In this document: in pieces, positions 23,911 through 36,300 of the stretch
Layout of the letters: each line of letters starts with the position of its first letter
How positions within the stretch are numbered: the stretch's first letter is position 1
Assembly: GCA_958009085.1 (NCBI GenBank)
Contig: OY253689.1
Location: 186,001 to 250,000 of the forward strand
Reading direction: 5' to 3'
Length of the DNA stretch: 64,000 nucleotides
DNA from: Protoeuglena noctilucae
Lineage: Eukaryota
Program-made: the position numbers and the translations under genes
The notes under the pieces: generated by a model
Database searches by the model: none
The model's input: the letters and a program-made list of their open reading frames with translations, nothing else
What the model was told of the DNA's origin: nothing

Positions 23911-26784
23911 ATGACGAGCATCCTGGAGAAGCAGCAGGCCGAGCGGCTGCAGAAGGCCGTGCATACTCTGCAGAAGAAGCCAGAGAACAAGACATGCTTC
24001 GATTGCGGAGCACTGGTGCGTCGGTCCCGCGGCTCACTCGCGCGCAAATGAGAGCAGGGCTGTCCGCCCCTGGCCGGCCGCAGATCAGTGCATCGCGAGC
24101 CGTCGCCAGGTTACTCAATGCTTAAGCACATCGCTTGTGCGACCGAGAGCGTTTTGCCTCCGTCGTGCACGCGGGTGGCTCACCTTGCGCACTGTCCGGA
24201 TCCCCCACCCCCGCGCTCCCGCGCCTGGGCGTTGGCCCTCGAAAACCTCGGCGTCTGACTTTGCATCGATCTCCTCGCATCGCAGGGCTCGCCGTACGTC
24301 GTCCTGCCGCACGCGATCTTCGTATGCACGACCTGCGCGGGCGTGCACCGGCAGTTCCCCGGCCGGGTCAAGGGCGTCTCAGGTGTGCGCCATGGTGTCG
24401 TTACGGTGCCATGTTGCCGGGAACTGCATCGCGGGCCGCGCTCACGGCGTCCCCCGCCCTCCCGCGCAGCGTCGACCTTCTCGGCTGAGGAGGTGGCGAT
24501 GATCGAAGAAGGGGGCAACGGCGCGGCCTCGCACGTGCTCTTGGCAGCATGGGACCCCGCGCAGTTACCCCGACCCAAGCCCAACGACACGCAGCGCATC
24601 TACCTCTGGATCCAGGCCGTCTTCGACCAGCGCAAGTTCGTGGCCCGTCCGCCGCAGGTGCGCCGCGGAAGGCCCGCGCAGCACCGTCGCCGGGTTTTGG
24701 TGTAGCGAAGCAATGAATATCCGTGGCCTTTTGCACGCAGTCTGCTGCGCCTGCCCCGAACGGCCACTTGGCCGCGTCCACGAGCTTCACCCAGCGCCAC
24801 GCGGGTGAGCAGCTTGCCCGAATCCATGCGACCTCGCTTTCTTTATGTTTGCCTCTTCTGTATGCGATGATTGCGTCGAGATCCCTTCCGTCGGTGGACC
24901 TGCTCTGCCATCAAACGTGCGCATGCCCTCGCTCCCACGCAGCCGCGTCTGCTCCCGCGCCCGCGGCGCAGCCTGTCGTGGATCTTTTGGGCATGTCGTC
25001 GCCCGCGCCCAAGGCCCCGTCGCCGGGCGTCGGCTTCGCGGCCTTCCAGCAACCCACCCCAGCGGCCCAGCCTGCGCCCCAGCCTGTGCCCCAGCAGCCT
25101 TCTTGGGCGTCCTTCAACACGCCGCAGAAGCCGCCGGCGCCCCAGCCCAACGCCGGGGCGGCCGCGGATGGCGCGTGGGCGACCTTCGACACGTTCGTCG
25201 GACCCCCTGCCGGCCCTCCCCCGGTGCAGCAGAGCAGCGCGCCTGGGCACGCCCCGGCCGCTCACGCGCACCCCGCGGCCCACGCGCCGGCGCCGCAGTC
25301 GTCCCGGGACCCCTTTGCCCCCGCGGCCCAGGCGGGTGCGACTACAAAGGACCCTTTCGCGTCTGCACAGGGGCAGTACCCTGCGCCTCAGCCCATGCAG
25401 CCCCAGCCTCAGGGCCAGTCGTCGCGGGACCCCTTCGCTGCCCAGCAGCAACAGCAGCAGCAGCAGCAGCAGGCCCATGGCGGGCAGGGGCAGGGAGCGC
25501 TGCATGGTGCTTCTGCGACCCAGGCCCCAGGGCAGCAGCAGCAGCAGCAGCAGGGGCACCACCAGGAGGGCCCAGACAGCGCCGAGAAGGCGGCAAAGGA
25601 GAAGTCGCGGTCGGCGCTGCCGGAGGATCTCTTCGCAGAGCCGGCTGCCATGGGCATGGGTGCACCTGGGCCTGCGTTCGGGATGGGTGCGATGGGCGGT
25701 GCTCCGCCGGGCATGGGGGGTGTCCCGCCGGGCATGGGCATGCCCGGGATGGGCATGCCGGGGATGGGAATGCAGGGCGGGTACGGCGGCGCCCCTGGGA
25801 TAGGCATGAGTGGCCCACCGGGCATGCCTCCTGGGATGATGGGGCGCGGGGGCCCTGGGTTCGGGGGCCCTAGTGCGCCAGGCATGGGCATGCAGGGCAT
25901 GGGCATGTCGCCGGGTATGCCCATGCCGATGGGCCCGCAACCGGGCATGGGCTTTGGGGCGTTTGGCCCAACCGGGGTGCCGGGCGCATATGGCATGGGA
26001 CCAATGCCAGGCCAGGCACCGGGGGGGTCCCCTGGGATGGCCAGCGGGGGCTTCCCGCAGAGATGCCTCTCTGGGGCGTTTGGAGGGCCTGGGGGGCCGT
26101 TCCCTGGGGCCCACCCTGCACCGGGCATGGCGCCAGGCATGCAGCCGGGTGTGGGCATGAGCGGGGGCATGAGCGGAGGGCAGCCGGTGTCTGGCCCGAA
26201 CGGTTTTGGGGTCAGCGGCGCACCGGGCGGCTGGGCGGGTAACCCCGCGCCGGGTCCTATGGGGTTTGGGCCCGGGCCGATGGGTGCCGGAGTCGGCATG
26301 GCGCACGGGGCGGGTGCGGGGTACGGTGCGCCACAGCAGGGTGGCGGTCACGCTGCTGTCGCTGCCCCGCAGTCCTCGCAGCCCGACATGTTCGGTGATT
26401 TGAAGCCCTTGCCGGGCCGCGCGCCGTCTGCTCTGGGGTCGATGGGCAGTGCGCCACCGGGGATGGGCGGGGCGCAAGGGCAGGCACAGCCCAGGTGAGG
26501 CTGGGGGCAGTGGAAGGTGGACAGCGGGGACAGTTGGGGTGCGCTGTCTTGGTGGCGGGTTGCTGGGCGATGGGTATGCATGAACTGGGTGGCAATGATT
26601 GTGTGAGCTAGTGCCTTGTGGTCATTTTTTTTGATTTTGACTGGGACGTAACAGCGTCTCCGCTCTCGTGTCCTGCAGCTGGTCGATGGGAGATCACCAC
26701 ATGTCGGGAGGTTATGGAGGGAAGGGGCCGGGTCAGGCGTTGGGCGGGGGCGGTGGCGGCGGCGGGGGCAATCCCTTCGCTTGA
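23911..26784 (+). CDS. ArfGAP domain protein (AGFG/AGD14-like) with Pro/Gly/Met-rich tail
   Basis: ENKTCFDC...FVCTTCAGVHR zinc finger, RVKGVS, GGN. DPF x3, WxxF motifs and polyQ. Ends GGNPFA-TGA. Confidence 0.9.
25443..25553 (+). repeat. Two CAG microsatellites encoding polyQ tracts
   Basis: CAG/CAA runs at about 25443-25471 and 25533-25553 within the ArfGAP exon. Confidence 0.85.
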
Positions 26785-27249
26785 GGCGCGCAGGAGGGGA
26801 GCCTTTAGCTGGAGCAGCGAGCTAAGAGCTCCTCTGGCTCGAGAAACTGGTTGTTTGTTGATTGAGCTTGGGCGCGGTTGGTGTATGCGATGTGAAGTAC
26901 GGCTTTCATGCGCTTGCGTTTAGGTTGCAGTTGGCGCGCGGTTCAACACGCCTGCTAGCGAAGAGAACTTCTCCGGGTAGGGTGGGTGGTCGCAAAAGGT
27001 CGCAAGTGAGATGTGCCAATAATGCATGTCAGTTATGCATGCCCGGGAATCGACGATCGCCGCGCAGGGAAGGGGAGTGGCCTCGCCACCGGAAGGGAAA
27101 GGCCACAGTTAGCTTATGGATGGAGTCGAGGCAACGGAGGGTGTAAAGCCCAGGCAGAAAGCGCTGGGATGGCGCCTAATGACACTAACCGGCCATCGCA
27201 CTATCGGCAATCATGACGTAGGTAGGTGCACGTTGCCTATTGTCGGCTG

Positions 27250-27254
27250 TTACA
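27250..27254 (-). promoter_or_regulatory. TGTAA polyadenylation signal for the PAS membrane protein gene
   Basis: TTACA on the plus strand about 85 nt beyond the stop at 27337. A similar site at 10312-10316 follows the FAD oxidoreductase gene. Confidence 0.5.
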
Positions 27255-27336
27255 GTCCAACGTGACCTATAGAGTTTCTATCCTTAGACATAGGAAACGT
27301 GCAGACTCTAGCAGCAAGCGTATTCCAGGCAGTACG

Positions 27337-30300
27337 TCATCCGGCCTGCACAGAGGTCGCCTGCCCTTCCGCACCAGCCCCGCCCGTCTGTGTTGCGCCA
27401 CCGGGCGCGTCGGCAGTCCCTGCGTCCGCTGCCTCCTCGTGATCTATCAACGCCGGCTCCATCTCCCTTACGATTGCAGCAAGCGCCTCCTCTGCCGCCA
27501 GCTCCCGTGGGAGCTCCGCGATCAGCTGGGCCAACCGGTGCCGCTCCTTGGCGACGAGGAGCTCCACGGGGCGGAAGACCAGGAGGGCCAGGCTGCGGGT
27601 CAGGGGTGGGGAGGCGGCAGGGGTGATGGGGAGCAAGCCAGCAGGGATGGGATGGGGAGGTAGCAGGGACGGGGGCAAGCCAGCAGGGGTGGGGAGGTAG
27701 CAGTGGTATTGCTAACATGGCGCGTGGCAGCGACTGTGAGACAGTGGGCGCAGCTGTTTCGGCATGGGCCTACGTCCCCACAGAGCGATCAGTCCGCACC
27801 TGAAGGCCATGAAGAGCGTGGCGACGAAGAGAATGGCGTGGACTGCCTCAACAGCCCGGATGGTGTTGCCGCTCGCGTTGACCCAGTTGAGGACAACGTT
27901 CTCTGCGTTCTGTACGTCGTCACCGCCGTGCGTGATGAGGAACTGGTACCTGCGTTGAGGACGAATGGAGCGGCATGACAGGGAGGGTCGCTGCTGAGTG
28001 GGCACTCGAGAGTGTGCACACTCGCACACCCGCTGCTCCCGCTGCGTTGGCAATGCTGTTGCGACAGCCATGGTCACTCGCCTGGTGTTGAGCAGGTCCA
28101 GGTTCTGGTTGTCGTCGTAGGGCAGCAGGGACGCCTCTTCCATGAATCGATTGATTAGGGCGTAGAAGCCACGGTTCAGGGACGGCCAGTCGGGCTGCCA
28201 CATGGTCTCGCAGGTCGTTGACTGCGGGCGAGTGTGGGCAAGGGAGAGTGGGGAGAGTGGGCGCTTCGGGCTTGTGGGCGAGCATTGGCGAGTGGGAGTT
28301 GGGTGATGTTGGCCGATCTAAGTGGGCGAAAGCTGGGCGAGCTATGCATGGTCAGGTAAGAGATGTGGAGGTGCATGTGAGACCCGCCCTCCGCGCGCGC
28401 AGGCACTCACGCTGAAGCACTGTGGGTCGAAGTACGTGCTGAGGAGGCCGGAGCTCCAGAACACGGTGCCAGGCGGGATGTTGTACTTGCCGAACAGCGT
28501 GGTGTTGCCCCAAATGAGGGAGTTGACGGCGCTGCGGAGCTGGGCGTTGGATGCCATGATGTCGTCCCTGCGGATGGGCAGGCAAATGGGCAGCAAGGGG
28601 CTCAGAGTGTCTTAGCAGTGGTGATGGAGATGCATGGCGCGTCAGAAGCACCAACCGTGGCGTTCACAGTGCACCAACCCACCCCACACCATATCCACCG
28701 TACGACACCACCCCACCCCACCCCACCTCCCCACACCCCACCCGCCCACCTGGCGCCACCTCCATTCCTCGCCCAGGGCGACCCGTTGCGGGTGCAGACG
28801 GCCTCGATGACGAGCTCCGCGGCGTCGAAGATGATCCTCGAGGTCTTGGCGTTCATGAGGTGCGACACGCGGGTGGGCTCGATCTTCTTAGCGCTGTGCC
28901 CCTGAAGCGCCCACGTCGCCCCCAGCAGCGCGGCCACCGCCGCTGCCCAAGCGAAGAAGGGCAAGAGAATTTTTGCCTCCAACGCCCTGTGTGTCCGCTG
29001 CTTCTCTCGACGTCTCACCACCTGCTCCCACGACTGCACCACCCTCTCGGGGTCCAGCTTCTGAGCCAGCAGCAGCCGCACTGAGGCCCGCGACGCGCGG
29101 CGCTCCCGCAGGGCGTTGGCCTTGGCAGTCCGTGCGGTGGTGTCGGCCCCAGCACCCCCGCCAGCCCCGCTGCCACCGTTGTCGCCACCGCCGCCGGGGT
29201 CGTCGTCCTCCCCATCATCCTCCAGGTCGGCAAACTCGGGGTCTAAGTGCACTGGGCGCCTGGCGAGCTCAGCGAGGAGCCCGCGGGGCACCGCGAGGGG
29301 CACGGCCACCTGGGAGCCTCTCAGCACGAGCACGCGCCTCATGCGACGGTGGATGAGGAGCGTGGCGATGGGCACGAGGGCCCCCACGTCGATAGCCAGG
29401 AATGCCAAGGACAGCACGCCGATCGTGCGGAGGTTGGCCACCGTGCGGTCGACCAGGGCATCCAACAGGGCTTCGTACCTGAGAGACAGAGGCGGGTGTG
29501 TCATGTGAGAGACAGAGGTGGGTGCGTGGGTAGGTGCGTGGTGAAGGGGTGAACGATGGGTGGGGAGTGGAAGTGGACCGAGAGGGGGTGGGTGGAGGTG
29601 GGGCGAAGGAGCGTGAGTGAGGAGTGGACGATAAGTGGCTGGGTGGAGCGTGGGTGGAGATGGAGGGTGGAAAGGGTGGTTCCGTTCCCTTGCACTGCTT
29701 CCTCACCTGGGACTGATGGCATTTTTCGCGTTGAGGTCGACGAATTGGAACTGACTTAGCCGCGCCACGTCCTTGGCTGTCGCCTGCTGGTGAGTGAGCT
29801 GCGAGAGGTGCAGGCTGTTGGCGGCAAAGGTGCGCCCGGCACTCCAGAACGTTGACGTCACGTTCTCGACTCTGGCGTAAGCCAAGTCAGCGGCCGTTAG
29901 CTCTGAGAGGTGCATGTCTTCGTTGAGCCACAGGCCCTGCGGGGGGCAGAGGAGATGTCGCAGAGTGGGCGGGGATGCGGGTGCAGGCGTGGGTGCGGGT
30001 ACGGGTGCGGGTGCGGGCGTGGGTGTGGGTGCGGGTACGGGTAATAGTGTTGCGTGAGCTGTAAGTCATGGCTTCTCCGCTCTGCTCCCCTAGGCACTCA
30101 CCTCGAACCGTGCCTTCCAGTGCCCGCTGAAGGCGTTGACTGTCTCATAAAGCTTCACGTGTTGGCTCAGGAACGTCTGCGTCCTTTGTGCCATCTTCGC
30201 CTGGTTGGTGTGGAAGTCAGTGCTGGGGATGTCGAGGCCGACGGACATGCCCTGGAGGAAGTGCGCGAATCTCCCAATGTCGATGGCGTTCTGCGGGGGC

Positions 30301-33300
30301 GTCAAAGGTACCTTGGCAGTTGCTCACACGCAGTGTCAGCAAGGCAGCAACTTGTGCACAAAGCATGCCACAGAAACGTGTGGTCGCGATCCGAGCAGCA
30401 CCTCCACTATCGCTGCCCCAGCGTTGCATCCCCGCCCACTGCCCTCGCCTTGATGTTGGTGCCGCAGAGGTCGATGTAGTTGAGCAGGATGTGGTTCTTA
30501 TGCACGTGGTCCAGGATGAGCCCAAACACGATGGCCTGCACCGCGACAATCGCGGCTGCCACGCCCCACAGCGTGTGCTTGGCCACTCGGAGTGGACGGA
30601 CCATGGGGGACGAGGAGAGGGTCTCAAAGATGCGCTTAAACTTGCGCACCCGAATCTGCGAGCAGAAAGACAACAACTAATGTGTGTTGAGGGGTCGCGC
30701 GTGACACGCTGGTTGGGTGAGTGAGTGGGGGCCTCCTGCTGAAATGCTGGAGTGGCAAACTGCGCTAGGGTTGTTAGCTGCGAAGAATCATGTAAGTCTT
30801 ATTGTTGGCTCTTTATGCCAGCATCCGCGTGCCAGATGAGCCGCTCGTGCCATGCTATTCCATACCCTGTAACAGGAGCCCTAAGAACACCCAGCTCCAT
30901 CACGTGACTCACCTCGGCAGTCTCGCAGTCGAGGAGATCTGCAGCGATGTCGTCGTCGTCTCCCATGTTCCAGCCCTTGCCCCCGCCCTGCCGCAAGTCG
31001 CCCACCACGCTGCCCCCCGCCGCGCTCTCCCCCGCAATGCTGCCCGACGGGCTGCGCTTCCCGACGCTCCCGGACGCCGCGCCGGATGCCGGGACGCCCG
31101 CGGCGGCGCCGGAACCACCCCTCCTCTGCACATCAGAGGCAGGGCTACCTGGGCTCTCATCGAGGGCCTCCGTCACCACCGTCCCACGCATGCCCTCCTT
31201 TGGCCCTTCACCATTACTCGTCGCCCCCTTGTCGTCGCCATCTGAAGACCCTTTCGGGACACCGCCTGAGCCCCGGGGCTTCACCGCAGCATCGCCGGGG
31301 ATGGCCGTGGCAGGGACCGCATCCACCGCCAAGCTCGCCAGCTCCTTGTGTGGCAATGCCCGCTCCCCAGATCCACGCGCGGCGACCCTGGGGGACTGCA
31401 CCGACCGGTACAGCGAGCCCTTGCGGCGCAGGCCACCCCGGGGGAGCACGTCGCGGCCGTCCGCAGCACGATCCTGGACCCCGTCGCCCCCGCTGTCAGC
31501 GCCCTCCGGACCCGACGAGATTTGAATCGGAGGCACCGACCGCAGTCCCGATGCGCCGCTCGGGCGCCGCGTGCCGGGTGCGGGGGCGGCTGCCGTTGCG
31601 TCCGTGCCGCTCATGCGAGCCTGGCCGTGCCCGCTGGTGGCGGCGTGCAGTCGCCGCAGCGAGGCGTCGGTCGGGGCCTCTGGCTGCGATGCGCTGGGGT
31701 CCAGAAGGGCCGCGACGGGGGCCCGCTCGCCGCCGCTCTCCACCCACATCCGCACGAGCTCCAGCGATGCAGGGGCAGCTGATGCCGGGCACTCGCCGCC
31801 AGAGGTGGAGTGCGCCCCGACTTCGGAGGCACGCGTCACGCTCGCCGCCGGGCGCTCAGCAGCCCCATCACTGGCGCTCTGCACGTTGGCGTCTGCACCA
31901 CCGCCCGTGTTCGCAACCACAGCACCCGCCCCCAGCACAGCCCCGCCCTCCCCTCGCATCGCTCCCGTCGCGCTCCACTCCCTCTGCACGCTCCGCACCC
32001 GCCGCCTCCGTCGCAGATCCAGAGCTCGGCTTGCGGTCCGCGCCTGCGTCATCCTCCGCCTCGGCTGCCGCTGTCACCGGGACCGACCCCGCGCTCGGCT
32101 GCTTGTCTGGGTGGTCCTCGAGAGCCATCGGCACAAGCAAGCACGCGGCTCCATGGTCCCTGGCGGGACACGCCAGCACCCCGACGCGCACTTGGTTCTG
32201 CCCCGCAAGCGTCGCCCCCGGACCCAAGGCTGGGTCCGCGAGCCACGCACCCAGGACCGACGCCTCTGCTGCGTGAGTGCTGCCACCGTCACCATCGCCG
32301 CCACCACCGCCACCATCGCGGTCGCCTCGCGCATCAAGCGACCCGACCACTGCATCTCCCTTCTGCAGCACCTCCGCAGCGGTGTGTGAGGTGTGGAGTC
32401 CGATGCCGCCGACAACGTCGGACAGGTGCCGGTCTGCGATGAGGCTTTCTGGGTCAGCCCCCGCCAGCACGGACAGCGGTCCCTCCCACGCCACGACCGT
32501 GCCGTTTGAGTCCAGGTGCAGCACGCAGCCGAGCATGGGCAGGGGCCAGAGGTCCACGACATAGACGCCTTTGTCTGGGAGGGTCTGGTGGAGCTGCGCG
32601 ATGGCTGGGGACGCGTCGTGTGTTGGATGTCTTGTATCCGATGCAGGGGTGCGTACCCAGACAGGGAGGGGCGAAGTGGACGGGACGTCGCGGGGGTGCA
32701 CCGCAGGCCACGTGGCGAGGACGGACGCGGCGTTGGGGCTGCTGGCCAGGAGCTGCGGGAAGCAAAGGGGTGGATGCATCGGTGCGTGATTGGGCACATG
32801 GATGGGTGCGTGGGAGCGTGGGTGCTTCTGCACACGCCTCTGAGCCAGGTCAGCAATATTGGGTCAGCATTGCCAGGCTGGCAGCTTGGCATTTGCCAGT
32901 GGTGACAATAAGCAAGCAAAGCACCTCTGCGGCGTTGACGCCTTTGAAGTCCTTGACGGGCGCCCCGAAGACAGCGGTGCAGGCAGACTCAACGGAGGCG
33001 ACCAGACCCGCATTGTCAATCTTGACGCGGAGGCCCGAGGCAGGCAAGGCGGTGCCTGGGGACACAGACAGGTCGGGTGATGGTGGGAAAGGTGATGGGG
33101 TCAGGTGATGCGGTCATGCACTGTGGAGGTGACCGTGGCAAGCAGTATAGGCACCGCCCACTGTACGTGCACTCTCAGTCCGCACCGTCTCAACATGAAA
33201 CTCACCTCCCGAGGCATGCAGCAGGCGCGCAACGTGGCTCGCGGCGCCATCCGCGTCCGCGCGACCCCTCTCCAGGCAGACGCGCACGCTTTTGCTGGCG

Positions 33301-36300
33301 CCCGATCTGGCCACCACGGCCCCCACCGCGCCGCAGACTGCCTCCAGGCCACGCCCGTCGGCAGCAGCGGCTGCCGCCACACCCCGCAGCTGCTCCGGCA
33401 GCAGGTCCACGAGCGTGGCGGCCTCGAGCTGCGCGCGATCGGCGCCGAGGAGTCGCTCCGTCGGGGCGTTGGGCGCCCGCAGCCGCCACCCGGGGCCCAG
33501 AGAGACGTTGGGTAGGTCCTCCTGGGTCCTCCTCAGCGTGATCACAGCCAGCCGCACGTCGGGGGGTCCCAGCGTGGCCAGGGTGACGCTCACGGGGACC
33601 TCGGCACCCCCGCGTGCGACGGCGGTGGTCGCGAAGGCCTCTGGGCCTGCGGGGTCGTCGATGGCCGGGGCCTGGGCCAGCTGGGTCGTGAAGGACATAG
33701 TTGGGAGGATTTCAGCCAGGGGACGCCCAGTGATGCCGTCGGGGGTGTGCCCGAACAGTGCGGTGAAGTTGCGAGAGACGGAGACCACGGAGCCGGCCAC
33801 TGAGACGTACATGCGGCCTTCCTTGGGGTCCTCCTCGGGCTTGCGGATGACAGCCATGAACACCCCGCCTCCCGACTGCAGAGAGGGGTGCGGGGCTGAT
33901 GGTGAGCTGGGGCTATGCTGCTGGTGAGCCCGTGTGGGGTGAGCCTGTGCAAGCACATGTGGGGTGGGTGAGCGTGTGCAGGGGCTGCTGGTGAGTCTGT
34001 GCGGGAGCTACTGGTCGTGCCGAGGGCTGATGGTGAGCTAATGAGCTGGTGGAGCGGGCATGCGGGGTTTCTTGTGTTGGCATCGCATCACAGCCGGCAC
34101 ACCTGGGCGACCTTGGTGACGCAGATGCTAATTGGGAAGAGGGAGCGGTCGCGGTGGAGTCCGACCATGGTGCGCGTGGCGTTGAGGATCCGGGGCTCCC
34201 CCGTGACCGCGTAGGCCTTGACGAAGCGGTCGTGCTGCTGGGCAAAGGGCGGCGGCATGAGCGCGGCCACGTTGTGCCCCAGCATCTCCGACGCACGGTG
34301 CCCGAACTGACGCGCGGCCGTCGCGTTCACGAACGTCACCAGGCCGTCCCCGTCGGCCACCACCACGCCGTCCCGGGCTTCGTCGATGGCCCGCCCCGCC
34401 CTCGCAGCGTCACCCGCGCCCTGCCCCTCCTCCCCCATCGCCTCCATCCCAGCCTCCGCCTCCACCTTCTCCGCCTCCATCACGTAATGTCGGGCCAAGG
34501 GGAGGTTGCCACGCACGTCCTCCAAGAACCGGGCGTAGAGCTGCGGGGGCGGAGGCGGGGTGCGCCGATGTGGGTTGCATCGTGGGCACAGGGGCAACAG
34601 CAGCTGTAGACCATTTGCCTTTCGTCGATTACAAGCCCTCAGGTTCCCATCTCGTCGCAAGCAACAGGACCCAAGCTCACGCGCTCCCCCTATGCGCTCC
34701 CTACATGAGCTACCCCACACCCTCCCCCACTCGCCATCATGAGCCGCGGGTGGCGTGGGTGGCGCTCAAGCATAGCCTTGAAGCTGGCTTCGGTAATGCG
34801 CTCCCTCATGTCGAGCCGGGTGATGCCCCGGGATACGTCGTCAAGCCCTGCCTCGTGCTTGCCCATTGCCTTCCACAGGTCCCGGGCAGTCTCGACCGTC
34901 TTCCTGCGTTGCCACAGGAAGCCTCACGAGGAGTTGCTGTCATCCTCAACCACCAACAGGACCCTCGCATACCCCTTGTTGCTACCCAGCCTCGGCGGCT
35001 CGGTGGTGCAGTCAAAGCCCAGCGCGGCGGCGCTTTGACGAACGCTGTGCAGGCACAGCGGCGCATCCAGCTCAGCCCCGGCCCATGTGTGTCCCTCACT
35101 TGTGTGCCTGCCACAGCGTGCGTAGGCCGCTCTGCAGCTGCACGTAGCCGCTCCAGTCGAGCGACCCACTCCCCTGCGACCCCTGCCGATTGCGGATGTC
35201 CCTCTCCAAAGCCATGAGCTCCAGGCGGTGCGTCTGCGATCACACGCCACAGGAAGGGCCATAGGTGAGTCATTGTGCAGGCTGCGGGTGCGACCCGTGC
35301 CATGCTGCACACTTGCGCCGTCGCTGTGCAAGAGCAAGGGACACATGGGGTCGGCGTGCGCACATGTGGTAGAAGAGCATCTGGCCCATGGCTGACCATC
35401 CAAGCACAGCCTTCCCTCTACACAGCCATCCTCACCGCAGCCACGTGAAGGGTGCCGGCCTTTTGGATTGACGACTGCGCTGAGTGGAGGTCGCCCAGGT
35501 GGTACCCCTGGAGCCTCCCGAGTGCCATGGCGGCGGCCGCGGACTCGGGAAAGATGAAAGCCGCGTGGTTGACGGCGGCACGGCAGCCCTCGAGGGCGGC
35601 CGGGTCAGGCTGGCCCTGGGAGCCATGCTCGCGTAGCACCCGCAGCAGCAACTGCGGACGGACGGACGGGAGAGAAAGTGTCCTGCAAATGTCCAATATA
35701 CACCGCCGACTTGGTCACGCGAGACGCAGCACTCACGTCCGGCTCCTCTTGATCCGTGAAGCGATGGAGGCGCCGCTGGGTGTTGGTCAGGTCGCGGATG
35801 GCGGCAAACTTGGCAATGACCCTCCCAGCTCTCCACAAGCGAAGGCCCGCGAGTGCGCCCGCCGCCACGGCGAGGGCAGCAGAGGCGATGACGAGGGTGG
35901 ACACCGGATGCGGCGCTCCAGACGACTTGAGCGCGGCAGACAGGAAGAGGCCGAAGAGTGCGCCGGACGCGCCAGCTCGCGCGATGGCGTGGCCGTGGCC
36001 GAGGAAGGGGACCCGCAGGACATGAATGTACGCGATCCAGAGCCACGCCAGCGCGGCGAGCCACCCTGCCAGCGACCGACTGGCGCCGATAGTGAGGTGG
36101 ATGGCGACCTGCGAGGAGCGCTCGGGGGCAGGGCATTGAGCCATCCCTCCAGGGGCTGTTGCTCAAGTCCCCACCTTCCCCGCTGCCGGTCTGACTGGCT
36201 CACCAGGGCAAACATGCTGAGGGTCTCGGTGCGGGCTGCGATGGAGATGGACCCTGACATCAGGGGCACGTCAGTCGTGGGCGAGAGCTCGCAGTCCTTG

